Positions 43,049 to 53,862 of a stretch of DNA of 58,507 nucleotides are shown one piece after another. The first letter of the stretch is position 1. Every line of letters starts with the position of its first letter. A model generated the notes under the pieces. That model was given only the letters and a program-made list of their open reading frames with translations, did no database searches and was not told the DNA's origin. The DNA is from a virus (taxonomy: Duplodnaviria > Caudoviricetes), in the IMG/VR virus record IMGVR_UViG_3300031669_000032, positions 1 through 58,507 of that record; one strand, given 5' to 3'. The position numbers and the translations under genes were made by a program.

Positions 43049-43645
43049 TTATTTCTCCTTATGCTCATCCCAATAAATTTTAAACTCAGCTACATTGTCA
43101 GACGCATTCGATGTTATCTTAAAAATATAAGTTGTGTCTTTTTTTAGTGGCTGCTCTTCATTGTTGACAATGGGAGTAGCTGATTTTTTTATTATCGTCG
43201 AATCCGTGTCAAGAACTTTTCCGCCAACAATATTAGCTGGGTTTACCAATAGATTGTTTGATGCTACGAAAGCCCCGGTTGAATTTTCAAGTAATACAGA
43301 ATTTTCAATATATTCTCTATTTCTCTGGATTAGTCCAAGTTTAGCACCGGTGCCAGAATCCCAGGTAGCACCTTCAATTATCTCTATTTTACCAGCCACA
43401 TAAGACCACCAAACATACCCCTTAACGTGAACCCCCCATCCTGTAGCTGGGGTCTTGAAACATACTGATAGAGTGTCATCTTTTGCCATTCCCGGCAAAG
43501 AAGTGAAAGCCCTGTAACACCCGCCTTCATGCAGGCAATGATGCTCTATCGAAGTTACTACGGGAGAACTGGTAATACCATTGCTCATCGGTTTGTACCG
43601 ATTGAAAATATTTGCCAAACTCGAAAATATCATTAATATTCTCAT
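43049..43645 (-). CDS. Putative virion-associated protein
   Basis: EHH..HEG motif; LK..T.Y...IT.....W.EH tail. Confidence 0.6.
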   Translation of the reverse strand: MRILMIFSSLANIFNRYKPMSNGITSSPVVTSIEHHCLHEGGCYRAFTSLPGMAKDDTLSVCFKTPATGWGVHVKGYVWWSYVAGKIEIIEGATWDSGTGAKLGLIQRNREYIENSVLLENSTGAFVASNNLLVNPANIVGGKVLDTDSTIIKKSATPIVNNEEQPLKKDTTYIFKITSNASDNVAEFKIYWDEHKEK

Positions 43646-43654
43646 TGTATCTCC

Positions 43655-44026
43655 TTAATTTCTCGAATCGAGATGAGACGAAATCCATGCTTGACCGGTC
43701 GAACCGCCAGACAGAACAATCTTCCAAAATAATCTTTGATCAGACGTGTCGTATGTAACCGGTATGCTGAACGTTTCGCCAGCAGGTGTATTTGCGTCTA
43801 TGTATGGTTCCCATACAGATACCTTTCCGTCGCTTGCCATTTCCGTAACGAAGCTTCTTTCTGTTTTACCTTTTTTTGTAGTCAAGACATTAATTGTTAA
43901 TTTATCTGAATCTCCCTTGATATAACTTACAATCAAAGTTGCCCCGGTGGTGGCAACTGAACCGCCTTTATGCTCATAGTATCCACCGCCAGAATCGATT
44001 AATGTTTCATCGGTTATTATTGCCAT
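43655..44026 (-). CDS. Putative virion-associated protein
   Basis: GAGGT RBS; has its own promoter. Confidence 0.55.
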   Translation of the reverse strand: MAIITDETLIDSGGGYYEHKGGSVATTGATLIVSYIKGDSDKLTINVLTTKKGKTERSFVTEMASDGKVSVWEPYIDANTPAGETFSIPVTYDTSDQRLFWKIVLSGGSTGQAWISSHLDSRN

Positions 44027-44041
44027 TTTTACCTCACTGTC

Positions 44042-44070
44042 ATATTAATGTTTATTTTCATAATTGTCAA
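44042..44070 (-). promoter_or_regulatory. Internal sigma70 promoter
   Basis: TTGACA-17-TAATAT immediately after the tail gene stop codon. Confidence 0.6.
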
Positions 44071-46320
44071 CTATAATGGCCCTTTTGTATATGATGCGAG
44101 CCCGGTATAATCGCCCCATAATCCAACTGGGATCGTAAAGCTATTAGTAATCCCAGCATTTGGAGCCAGCATTGCATTTAATGGCCCTGCAGAATTTTTA
44201 TAAATTCCCAGCGCGGCTATTGCTATATTGCTGAATGTGGTATATGTAGCACCGTTAAACGCAGCCCCTATAGTAAGACCTTCATTTGCTGTACCGGTAT
44301 CGGTATCGATGAGATACGAATCTTGATTGCCGTCTAAGTAAAACGCATATGTCGTATTTGTTTTTATAAATGTTACTAAATGCCAATTCGTATCAGCTAT
44401 TGAAGTATTCCCATTCATTGTTATTTCGTTAACTCCGCCCTCAAACGCAACGAATGATAATTTGTTTCCTGCTCCGATACCTCTTTTAGTAATTCTCCAA
44501 AAATCAGTAGTATTATTTTCGTATTGACCGCAGATTGACTCGGCATTATCTAATGCTCTGAATTTCACCCATACCCATACAGAAAAACTCGGAAAATGAC
44601 CAATTCCCCATGGGTCAAAATCAAAAAATCTTTCACTATTCCCAAACTTCAAAAATTGATCTGTGCCGTTAAACGATATGCATGAGTTGCCGTATTTGTA
44701 ATCGGAGATGACATGGGCTATATTTCCGCCGGAATCCATCAAAAAATTAGTGCCATTCACCGAACTGTCATAAAAATTTTGTGATCCTTTTTGATTATTT
44801 GATTGCAATAGAAATATCTGGTCTGTATTCAATTTCTCATATCCAGAAATATCAATCAAATCAACATTTACCTGGTCTCTTTGGTAATCGAATTTTAATC
44901 TTTGGACGATGAACAAATGAGCTTCAGCATCTTCAAATTGATTATGATAGAATTTAATCAAATCGAAAGGTTTTGTTCCATCGAATTCTTTTATATTCGC
45001 CGTAAACGATCGTTTTCTTTCCGGGAACGATAATTCGGTCATTATTTTTTTTCTAATGACGTGTGGCCTTGCATCATATTTTGGGTAGCCGGTCGTATCA
45101 GTAAGGCCCCAAAATTTATCCCTTGCGAATTCAGTGGTATTTGATAATATTCCAAATCTTGAAATGCTCTCGTCTTTATTGAACACTTTTGTATCGCCCG
45201 TCTTTGCTTCATTGTACTGATATGCTATTTCAGCATTTATCCTATTTAATGTATTCGATCCATCATCTTCCCAATCGAAATTAGGCCTAAATGAGTTAGA
45301 TACACCCGGTTGAAATTCTTTAGCAATCGCCAAATTGCCAAAATCAATTGATACGAAATAAATTTTTCTATCAGAATCAAGAAAAAAATGGACATTTAGC
45401 ATTTTGCAAATATCTTTCACAAGCTCTATTCCATTAATTTGATCTACTATTGCATAATGAGTGTCATATGCGCTACCCCTTAAGCTTACGATACTATCAA
45501 GGTGCCACTCATCCACCTTGAATACGGTCATTCCATCAGCATCGATGGTTTTGAATGGATACCTTGTGAAAAACTTGCTACCTATCGACTTGCCTATCGC
45601 CTGTGTAGATTTATATGGAAAATTGAAATTGACATCAAGATATTCTTCCGTAGTAGCTGAGTATTGAACGTAATAATATGGGTCATCCCCTACCGGAGAT
45701 ATTAATGTTGAGCTTCCGGTAACATCGGTATCATCTGATTTTAGCACGTATTGCAGCGTTAGCGTATCAACTATCCCTGATTCCCCCAATATGTATAAAT
45801 TTGAAGATACCCTGTTGGCTCTTATAGAATTTTTTCTTTTTTCAGCAGATGATGGGGCGCGGAATTGACCTGAAAAGAACGGTATCGTTTTCCCCCGGCT
45901 TGTCTCAGGAGAATTTGGATAATTTTCATCGGTAATCATCATATCAGAATTAATTGATTTTTTTTCAAATTCTGATAATCTGTCTGACATCTTCAGTGTA
46001 ATAAGATTTTCGCTTATTCCTGCATTTTGTATTATGTATCTCCCGATAATAGTTCCGTCATCTTTCCTTATAGTTACATCCCCTCCGGAAACATACCTGG
46101 TCTCGACGTTAGCAAGCAAAGCTCTATATGAAATCTTGGAATTATCTCTCAGCTTTATAGAAATATGACTGGTCTCATAATCACCCCATCGCGCCCCATT
46201 CCATGATAACGGCGATATGTCAACTATATCAGGAGTGTACTGAATGTTATTGTAAGTAAATCCGTTTAGCGAAACATGATAGGTAGTTCCAGACCAGTCG
46301 ATATCCATTCCGATATTCAT
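44071..46320 (-). CDS. Tail tip/hub protein with C-terminal LamG (concanavalin-like) domain
   Basis: After TMP and distal tail gene; KYGNS...F.G, FSV..WV, WH.V.....FYLDG. Confidence 0.75.
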   Translation of the reverse strand: MNIGMDIDWSGTTYHVSLNGFTYNNIQYTPDIVDISPLSWNGARWGDYETSHISIKLRDNSKISYRALLANVETRYVSGGDVTIRKDDGTIIGRYIIQNAGISENLITLKMSDRLSEFEKKSINSDMMITDENYPNSPETSRGKTIPFFSGQFRAPSSAEKRKNSIRANRVSSNLYILGESGIVDTLTLQYVLKSDDTDVTGSSTLISPVGDDPYYYVQYSATTEEYLDVNFNFPYKSTQAIGKSIGSKFFTRYPFKTIDADGMTVFKVDEWHLDSIVSLRGSAYDTHYAIVDQINGIELVKDICKMLNVHFFLDSDRKIYFVSIDFGNLAIAKEFQPGVSNSFRPNFDWEDDGSNTLNRINAEIAYQYNEAKTGDTKVFNKDESISRFGILSNTTEFARDKFWGLTDTTGYPKYDARPHVIRKKIMTELSFPERKRSFTANIKEFDGTKPFDLIKFYHNQFEDAEAHLFIVQRLKFDYQRDQVNVDLIDISGYEKLNTDQIFLLQSNNQKGSQNFYDSSVNGTNFLMDSGGNIAHVISDYKYGNSCISFNGTDQFLKFGNSERFFDFDPWGIGHFPSFSVWVWVKFRALDNAESICGQYENNTTDFWRITKRGIGAGNKLSFVAFEGGVNEITMNGNTSIADTNWHLVTFIKTNTTYAFYLDGNQDSYLIDTDTGTANEGLTIGAAFNGATYTTFSNIAIAALGIYKNSAGPLNAMLAPNAGITNSFTIPVGLWGDYTGLASYTKGPL

Positions 46321-47054
46321 TATCTTCTCTCTATGAAATTCAAATCAATGTTGAATTTATCGGCGCATCTTAATCCTTTTTCGTTTGAAAATCCGATTTC
46401 GCCGTAATAAACTTCTCCTTCTTGATCATCGTATATGCAAGCATCCTCAAGAATTCTTATAGTTTTATCGAATAGGTTAAATTGAGTTGTCCCAATGGCC
46501 CGGAATTGCCAATTGCGTTTCGCACGTAAATCCTGGAATTCTCTGTCTTTTTCAAATGAATAACCAATGGTATCAATAAACGATGCTTCATTTCCAATAC
46601 CCCTATCCCATAGGTAATTTCTTTCAAATTCATAAACATTTCTAAATAGAGCTAATTTCCCGAATATTCCGCTGCTTAATCCTGTATCGAAAACGAATTT
46701 CCAATACTGATAGGTCTCACTGAATTCCGCCCAACTTTTTGTACCCAAATAACCTGACATGTATTTTATGTTAGGTTTCAGGTCTATTGAAAAATCAGTA
46801 GTAGCAGACGTGGTACCGGCCTGCAATTCAAAAGTAGGAGAGAAGCTCAGTATGCTTGAGCCGCCGACATAACATGCTTTCAATAATATCGGCCCGCCAA
46901 AATCAAGCAAAAACGTCCCGGCAGGATTAATGGCATCCCATTTGGATTTCTGATTATAATCTACGGCATACTCTTTTTCAAAAGTTGCCTTTTCTCCTGA
47001 TACTATTGCTGTCGGTATACCTGCCACATCACTGTAATATATTTTACCTGCCAT
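46320..47054 (-). CDS. Distal tail-like protein
   Basis: Immediately after the tape measure gene. Confidence 0.6.
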   Translation of the reverse strand: MAGKIYYSDVAGIPTAIVSGEKATFEKEYAVDYNQKSKWDAINPAGTFLLDFGGPILLKACYVGGSSILSFSPTFELQAGTTSATTDFSIDLKPNIKYMSGYLGTKSWAEFSETYQYWKFVFDTGLSSGIFGKLALFRNVYEFERNYLWDRGIGNEASFIDTIGYSFEKDREFQDLRAKRNWQFRAIGTTQFNLFDKTIRILEDACIYDDQEGEVYYGEIGFSNEKGLRCADKFNIDLNFIERR

Positions 47055-47055
47055 T

Positions 47056-50000
47056 TTATAATCCTGCCTTTTCTAATTCGCCTACTATATTTTGTCCATT
47101 TACGCGAACGGCCTGAATCAATTTATTTGTGAGCGTATCAACTGAATCTCCACTACTTGCTTGCACTACAACTGTCATGTTTACGTCACCGACCGTACGG
47201 CTATTATTGATATTTCCACCGGCCGGAGTGACTTGAAATTCTTCACCGCTCGATACGCCTATTAGAAAGTCATCGTTATTAAAGCCGGGCGGTACTATTC
47301 CCCCTCCGCCGGTTGCAAATTTAGGTATATTCCTTTGCGGTGGATTTAGTGGAGGTTGCGGAAATCCATTGTTTTGGCCCAGCTTTCCCAATTCTTTATT
47401 AGCAGCATTAACAAAATTCCTAATTGAATCGAGTGATTTTTTACTTGCATCATCAAAGCCAGACTTCATGCTATTTGCGGCATTATTAGTTCCATCTGAA
47501 AGAGTAGTCATTGCATTGACGCTTCCTTCGGCAAGCATGGTCATTGCGCCAACGCTTTCTCCAGCGAAACCTTTCATCGAATCAGCAGACATTTCGGCAA
47601 ATGCATTAATATCTCCGGTCATAGTTTTCGCAGTATTGGTAGTATTTTCTCCCAATTTTACCATTTCCATATCTATTTGTTGAATATCATTTGATGAATT
47701 TTCTGCAGCACTATTAATTGTACTGTCAAGTTTTTGGAATTCCGACATATCCGCTCCCAGGGCTTCACCGATTGTCTTTAATATATCAGCTATTGTATCG
47801 AGCGGGTCTGCCATTTCGTCGAACATGCCTTGTTGTTTGGCCTGGTCAATCAAACTTTGTGTATTGGCATCTAATTTCAATCCATACTCTTCCGCTTGAT
47901 CTGATAATATTTTCAAACTGGGAGCCATCATCAATAAGGATTGATTTTGAGAAAATCCGGCATTACGCAATTTATCGAACTGCGCAACAGTACTACGCCC
48001 ATAAGATTCAAATTGATCCTGATCCATCTTGCCTAATTCTGCTGTCATTTGCAGGACGGCATTGAATCCTTCAACTGATTTAACCAGTTCTTCGTTATTT
48101 TTTATAAGCGTTCTGAATTCACTTAGAGCTTTAAATGTGTCATCCGCTGCCCACTTATTAGCCTCTTGACTTGCTATAAGTGCATCAAATGAATCGCCCA
48201 TAGTTGACATCACTTCCGTAATGGATGCACCTGATTTCATCATATTGGCGAATAATCCCAAAGTTATATTAACCTGGTCGTTAAATTCAGTTTGGCTGGT
48301 TGCGCTAACTTTAAGGTAATCTGCTAAAGCAGGTGCTGCGTCAAATGCTTTCTCATAATATTCAGCAGTATCTTCAGCAACCTTTTTTGCGGCGTCCTCG
48401 GCATACTTCGCAAAGTTTTCCCAGTATTCCTCTGGATCGTCGATAGAACTAAATAGACTGTTTGCTTCGACATATTTTTCCAGTAAATTTGTTAATTCTC
48501 CAATTGCTTCTTGACTTGTAACTCCTAAATTTGATAGCGCTTCGGTTGCCAATTCGGCACCGCCTGTCAACCCGGCCGGCCCCAATACGTACGTTACGTG
48601 TTGGATCGCTGCAGCCACGGCACCCAAATAATTACCGGACGCAAGGCTTTTGCTAATATTTTTGAAATTATCAAATACTTCATTATTTTCACCCATAGCA
48701 TCGCCCAATACATCCAGGGCCATAGATATTCCTTCAAAGTATTTTGACATTTCAATTTTGCTGATTTTGTTAAGTATATTGTCTAATAATGTAGACTTCT
48801 CAACTGAATTTGCCATTTCATCAGCAGTTTCCCTGACAGTTCCGGCCAATTCAGCAAAGCTTTCGCTGCCGCCATCCACCACATCACTTAACTCTTCAAT
48901 TCTTCTTTTTTCCTCTCCCATTGCATCGATGATCTCTTGCACAGATTCATCTAAATCTATATTATTTTCTATAATATCTGAAAGTGGCTTGCTGGTATCA
49001 TTCAGGTTATTTTTTCTATCAGATTCAAGATTGTTCAGAATTTTATAAACTTTTGTTGCCTCCTCCAACGATACACCGAGTGTTTTTTGCAACTTTCCTA
49101 TTTCTTCTATTTCAGGTTTCTGTTTTTGTAATATAGCCGTTGCAGATTGCGTGGATACTCCGTATTTTTTCATAATCTTTTCGACATCTGTCAATGGTTT
49201 TTTTTGTTTTACAATATCAGATGTTACTTTTTTTGTAGTTTCGCTTAACTTTTTTGTTGTTTCTTCTAATTTAGTAGAAACTATAACTATATTCCCATAT
49301 TCATCCTCAACAACAGTCCATTTAGCTGCTGCTTGTTTTACTACTTCACTGACTTCGGCCTGTTTTTGCCCCAAATCAGATATAGCAGTCATAAATTTTG
49401 CTCCGAATGTTGAAGCCTCATCGAATACTATACTTAGGCCCTTTATTACATCAGCAAGCCCTTTAAAAAATGCAAGTATAGATTCCTTATTATCCTTTAT
49501 CCAGGACGAAAAATCTTTTAAAAACGGAAGCAATAAATCGACAAATGTTTTCCCAATATCAACTTTTAAATCTACTATAGTTGCGTCAAGTTGCCTTGAT
49601 TGATTCGCGAAGCTATCCTGAGTACGCGAAAAATCCCCCATGGCGTTTTTTGATTGCTCCATAATAAGCGCAAGAGTTGCCTGCGCTTTTGCTGTTTTTA
49701 AAGCAGAACCTGATAGATTCTGTTGACCTTTTTCAAGTAATCTTTGGCTAAGGTCTGTTTCAAGAATTGATATTCCAAGACCTTTCATCATTTCGCGTTC
49801 ACCTAGCAATGCCTTTGTTATTGCCTCTGAGGCTCCAGCGGCATCACCGGCATAATTCGTAAAACTTGCAAGGTCTACGGCATGTTTTTGGGTTTGCTTT
49901 GACAATTCCAGGGCTACCTTTTGGTTGGCTCCCAGCCCGGTTAATAGGTCTCCTGTAGCACCGAGCATTTTTTCTGCTGATAATGTAGATAGGCCATAAG

Positions 50001-50313
50001 AGTCAGTTAATTCTTCCACGGCCATTGACGTTTCCGCTGTAATATTTGAAAATACCGTGTTTAATTTAGAATGCTCTTCCATTGCGGAAGATGCTAAAGA
50101 AATTGAATCACTTATAAGACTAAATGCTTTACGTGCTACCATTAAGATAGTCCCTCCAGCAATAATCTTCTTAAGCATTCTTGAATATACGTCACCTGCT
50201 TTTTTACTTTTATTTTCTAAGCCACCTACTGCCCCGGTGATATTATCAATTTTTATTACGCTCCCTTTATCATCGGTGGTAATAACAAATTTCAATTCCC
50301 CTGCGACTGCCAT
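47056..50313 (-). CDS. Tape measure protein
   Basis: 1085 aa, Ala-rich helical; DLASF.N...ALLGERE..K.LGI and GDF.RT.DS.ANQ.R motifs. Confidence 0.92.
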   Translation of the reverse strand: MAVAGELKFVITTDDKGSVIKIDNITGAVGGLENKSKKAGDVYSRMLKKIIAGGTILMVARKAFSLISDSISLASSAMEEHSKLNTVFSNITAETSMAVEELTDSYGLSTLSAEKMLGATGDLLTGLGANQKVALELSKQTQKHAVDLASFTNYAGDAAGASEAITKALLGEREMMKGLGISILETDLSQRLLEKGQQNLSGSALKTAKAQATLALIMEQSKNAMGDFSRTQDSFANQSRQLDATIVDLKVDIGKTFVDLLLPFLKDFSSWIKDNKESILAFFKGLADVIKGLSIVFDEASTFGAKFMTAISDLGQKQAEVSEVVKQAAAKWTVVEDEYGNIVIVSTKLEETTKKLSETTKKVTSDIVKQKKPLTDVEKIMKKYGVSTQSATAILQKQKPEIEEIGKLQKTLGVSLEEATKVYKILNNLESDRKNNLNDTSKPLSDIIENNIDLDESVQEIIDAMGEEKRRIEELSDVVDGGSESFAELAGTVRETADEMANSVEKSTLLDNILNKISKIEMSKYFEGISMALDVLGDAMGENNEVFDNFKNISKSLASGNYLGAVAAAIQHVTYVLGPAGLTGGAELATEALSNLGVTSQEAIGELTNLLEKYVEANSLFSSIDDPEEYWENFAKYAEDAAKKVAEDTAEYYEKAFDAAPALADYLKVSATSQTEFNDQVNITLGLFANMMKSGASITEVMSTMGDSFDALIASQEANKWAADDTFKALSEFRTLIKNNEELVKSVEGFNAVLQMTAELGKMDQDQFESYGRSTVAQFDKLRNAGFSQNQSLLMMAPSLKILSDQAEEYGLKLDANTQSLIDQAKQQGMFDEMADPLDTIADILKTIGEALGADMSEFQKLDSTINSAAENSSNDIQQIDMEMVKLGENTTNTAKTMTGDINAFAEMSADSMKGFAGESVGAMTMLAEGSVNAMTTLSDGTNNAANSMKSGFDDASKKSLDSIRNFVNAANKELGKLGQNNGFPQPPLNPPQRNIPKFATGGGGIVPPGFNNDDFLIGVSSGEEFQVTPAGGNINNSRTVGDVNMTVVVQASSGDSVDTLTNKLIQAVRVNGQNIVGELEKAGL

Positions 50314-50314
50314 T

Positions 50315-51108
50315 CTATTTCCTCGATCTCGACTTTATTCGCTGCCTTTCTCTATTGCTGGCTTCTAATGACATTTTGTATTGAATTATTCTATGAGTGT
50401 TATCTATCATGGCTAATTTCCTGATAAATTCGTTTCGATATATTTCGTCAAATTCAAGCTCATCTATCATCCTTGCGATTAACCCCGTTTTAATCGTGAA
50501 TTCATTCACGTTTTCACGGTAAAAACTATATGCGAATTGGTTCGCATACGTTAAATCTTCAATGACTTCCTTGACTTTGTGTTCCCAACTTTTATAATAA
50601 TCTTCCCAGTAATCAAGGAAGTCATTTAGTTTTTTATGTCACCTTCACAGAAATTTTCTGAATTGCACGCCTTTCTCAATAGCCACGTGTTGAATTGCAA
50701 TGCTATCTCTTCACCATCTTCATCGAGTTCTGGACTGCCATCTTCGTCAAGTTCAATCGCTATCTTCCGGCTCCATAAGAAATTCAATAATTTTTCAAGA
50801 TTTCCTTTATTGAATTCAATTTCTTTTCCATTTTGATCTTTGAATCCAACGAATCCTTTGATTTTTTTCATAAATAAGTCGTTCAATTTTTCAAAAAATA
50901 GGGCCTCGTTCCATTCCCTTGCATTGCGTTTACCGTCTTTCACCACAACATTCCCGTTTGTTATGGTCTTTGATATTCCTGAAAATAAAAATAAATTTTC
51001 CTTACTGGTAATGGGTTCAATCAAAATCCCATATTTGGTATCTGGGATCGTGAACATTTTTGCTTTTCCATAATCTGTATTGATTGTTAAGTCTAATTCT
51101 AAAGTCAT
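50315..51108 (-). CDS. Tail assembly chaperones G/GT via -1 frameshift
   Basis: ORF 50626-51108 ends ATA AAA AAC TAA (slippery A AAA AAC, 50629-50635); the -1 frame is open through to 50315. Confidence 0.85.
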
Positions 51109-51121
51109 TCTATTCTCCTTT

Positions 51122-52183
51122 TTAGGTTTCAGTGATTGCCGGGTACCCGGTCAATGCGGTAAGATCGTTAATCCATTCTATGTACGGGACATTGTATGAC
51201 ATCCCAGCTACGTTTCCGGAATCATACTGAACCGTAAATGTGGTACTGGTCGGCTCAGGTGTTTCTTGATCGACAGCAGTTGTAGTAATGTAAACGCCAG
51301 GCAGATTGATTGTAAATTGATATGGAGTGTCAGGAGTAACCCCTACAATGTTTGGCCCGGTCATAGCTATTGACATCTTGTATATCGTTCCTGCTTGATA
51401 TTCAGTTAGATGATCTTCGTTTTGTGCAGTTTTTTTAGGATATTCAAGAACGACAGTCAACATGGGCTGGGTGTTATCAATCACATCAGAAATAGCAGCG
51501 GTTCCGGCAGTGACTGGGACACTGGTATATCCCCTTTCTGCAGTAAACGAATATGATGTTACGTCCTGATCATCCGCTGAACTTAGGGCTGCTGCTGATT
51601 GTGCATTTATTCTTACGGTTGTGTTTTCGTTCAGAAAACAGGCTATGCGCGGGTCTCCGGTTACCACCATCGGAGTAGCAAATAATGATTTTACTCCATA
51701 AATGTTACCGATGTAATTCGTGGTGTGCTTATACGAACCGTCAAGGGCAATTGCAAATGAGTTGAACTTTGCGCTATCTACTGCTTTCACCTGGCTTCCT
51801 TCATCGTGGGCTATGGTATGGAAAATATCTGTGCTTAATATCCTTTGCAATACGAATACATTTGTTAATGCTCCTATTTGGGGGGTATCAGGGGTTCCTC
51901 CATAAGAGCCAAAAATACTCGCGATTATTTCCATTATTTTGTCCTGCGACACATATAGTTTTCCTGCAAAACTGCCAGATTGTTCAGGGTATGGCCCCAT
52001 GCACAATTGGGATTCCAATCCTTCTCCGTATTCTTCGGCGCTGGTTATTTGTTCACGTTCTCCTGCAGGAGGTGAATTGGTTTCGACGTGCAATTGATCT
52101 CCTGTACTCGGCTCAACTGCATCCCCCCAATCGGTTCCTTTTTTAAATGCTACTTTATTTTGTCTTTTTATGATACTCATCAC
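51122..52183 (-). CDS. Major tail tube protein
   Basis: 353 aa, Thr/Ser-rich, between tail terminator and chaperones; no sheath gene present. Confidence 0.8.
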   Translation of the reverse strand: MMSIIKRQNKVAFKKGTDWGDAVEPSTGDQLHVETNSPPAGEREQITSAEEYGEGLESQLCMGPYPEQSGSFAGKLYVSQDKIMEIIASIFGSYGGTPDTPQIGALTNVFVLQRILSTDIFHTIAHDEGSQVKAVDSAKFNSFAIALDGSYKHTTNYIGNIYGVKSLFATPMVVTGDPRIACFLNENTTVRINAQSAAALSSADDQDVTSYSFTAERGYTSVPVTAGTAAISDVIDNTQPMLTVVLEYPKKTAQNEDHLTEYQAGTIYKMSIAMTGPNIVGVTPDTPYQFTINLPGVYITTTAVDQETPEPTSTTFTVQYDSGNVAGMSYNVPYIEWINDLTALTGYPAITET

Positions 52184-52389
52184 TTCACCTCTCTTTTAAT
52201 TATTCCCAATTCGCTATCAACTGTTGATTTTTTACCTAATTTTACTAAATCATTCCTTATCTTTCCGATTCTTTCTTTTTGCTTTTTTGTATATTTCTGT
52301 TTTCCCTTTACTTTAGGCTGGTCATTTTTTTTAATTGGGACATCTACTTCTTCTTCTTCTTTTTTTATTTCATTTTCTTCTATCTTCAT
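52180..52389 (-). CDS. Small charged hypothetical protein
   Basis: Coupled ORF. Confidence 0.55.
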   Translation of the reverse strand: MKIEENEIKKEEEEVDVPIKKNDQPKVKGKQKYTKKQKERIGKIRNDLVKLGKKSTVDSELGIIKREVK

Positions 52390-52868
52390 GTTCTCCTCTC
52401 TTCTACTTGATACAACATACTGAATCCGCCGGAATTATTGTAAAATTCATCCGGGATCCCTAGCTGCGTGTTGCTTGTGGTAGCATTGAAATTTTTTGCA
52501 GCGGCATGATAGATGTAATTTGGTATTTCGGTCTCAAACATGTACAGGTCAAGTTTCAACTTTGCTTCATTTACTACGTTAGGTATCGTTTTGCTACCAG
52601 CTACCGTTGCAATATAAGTACCGGCACCCTCTTTATCCCATCCGTGTTTAAAAACGAATATTCCAAAATTATGATCCTGATCTTCATACCCGTGATTATC
52701 TCTGATATCGGCACCCATATAATAAACCAAAACAAACGGGTCCTTCTTTCCCTTATGTTTGAATGCTTCGGTTGTGTTGTGAATCGGGAATACTCCATTA
52801 TTTAGATATGGCAATTCAGTTTTAAGCCTGGAAACAATAGCATTCATTATATCGCCATAATCACTCAT
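52386..52868 (-). CDS. Tail terminator-like protein
   Basis: I..AI..RLK...P...P.VLV.Y.G; synteny with Mu-like head-tail genes. Confidence 0.6.
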   Translation of the reverse strand: MSDYGDIMNAIVSRLKTELPYLNNGVFPIHNTTEAFKHKGKKDPFVLVYYMGADIRDNHGYEDQDHNFGIFVFKHGWDKEGAGTYIATVAGSKTIPNVVNEAKLKLDLYMFETEIPNYIYHAAAKNFNATTSNTQLGIPDEFYNNSGGFSMLYQVEERRT

Positions 52869-53359
52869 CCTGCTACCACCTTTTTCGCTATGATCGGTGC
52901 AAGCGCTTCGATCTCTCTTTTCCCTAAATCAGAAATCCCCATGAATTCCCTGGCTGGAACATTTATTTCAGTTACCGATCCATCCTCTTCGAGAATTTTT
53001 CCTTTGCCACCATCATTTTGTAATTGTGCTACATTTATTCCGAAATATGCATCGTATTTATTGAGTGATACTACCGCCGCGCTTGCAGTTGTTTGACTGA
53101 TATTTATCGATTGTAATAACTGCCCGGTATCCTGCAGCATTTTAGGACTCGCAGAACCTTTGCCATGTCTGCGTCTTTCTTTTGTGACCTCCGCTAATGC
53201 TGGCCATTTTTTACCATCTGGGTCTTGTTCATTTCTGAAATGTTTTATTATATCGCCCATTGCTACATTAGCAACCGATTTGTTGAGTTCAATTCCGGTT
53301 ATGATACTTTTGAAATTAAGCAATGCTTTTCCGATAGTATTTTTAGTTATTTTTATCAT
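52865..53359 (-). CDS. Virion morphogenesis protein (Mu gpG-like)
   Basis: F..EQDPDG..W..LA..T; L.DTG.L..SI; PAR.F.GIS. Confidence 0.88.
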   Translation of the reverse strand: MIKITKNTIGKALLNFKSIITGIELNKSVANVAMGDIIKHFRNEQDPDGKKWPALAEVTKERRRHGKGSASPKMLQDTGQLLQSINISQTTASAAVVSLNKYDAYFGINVAQLQNDGGKGKILEEDGSVTEINVPAREFMGISDLGKREIEALAPIIAKKVVAG

Positions 53360-53862
53360 CCCATAAATTCCGTATTGTCACTTCTACTTTCTTCAAATAG
53401 ATTCATGTCCCTTCTCAATTCCGTGTATCCGCCTTTATCTTTCTCAGCATATGGAGAGTACGAGCGCGCACCTTTTGAGCTTTTCGCACCTATACCAGGT
53501 ATATCCATCTTTCCGGATGCTATATTATCAAGCACCTCTTCGGCCTTTTTGCAGTTTTCTTGTCTCCATTCCGGGCCACCACTTTCCTTAACGAATATCA
53601 TGCAAATCGCCAATGCTCTTGCTATCCATTCGATCGCTGGTATTGCAATTGCTGCCAGAGGAGTTGTGTAACGCTGCCCGATTATACCATCCATTTTATT
53701 GCTTATGGTTTCGATTATTCTATCTATCCTGTCAGTATCTACCGTGGCTGGGATAACTGTTTCCCCTACGGTATCAACAACCGGAATAATCTTAAGCAGT
53801 TCGGACAGCGTTACATCATCTTCTATTTCCTGATACGTAGTATATGTTGGAGAATGTGGCAT
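53356..53862 (-). CDS. Head-tail adaptor (Mu gp36/DUF1320-like)
   Basis: Y.T..E; .DG.I..RY..PL; A...L..IA.GK..I. Confidence 0.8.
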   Translation of the reverse strand: MPHSPTYTTYQEIEDDVTLSELLKIIPVVDTVGETVIPATVDTDRIDRIIETISNKMDGIIGQRYTTPLAAIAIPAIEWIARALAICMIFVKESGGPEWRQENCKKAEEVLDNIASGKMDIPGIGAKSSKGARSYSPYAEKDKGGYTELRRDMNLFEESRSDNTEFMG

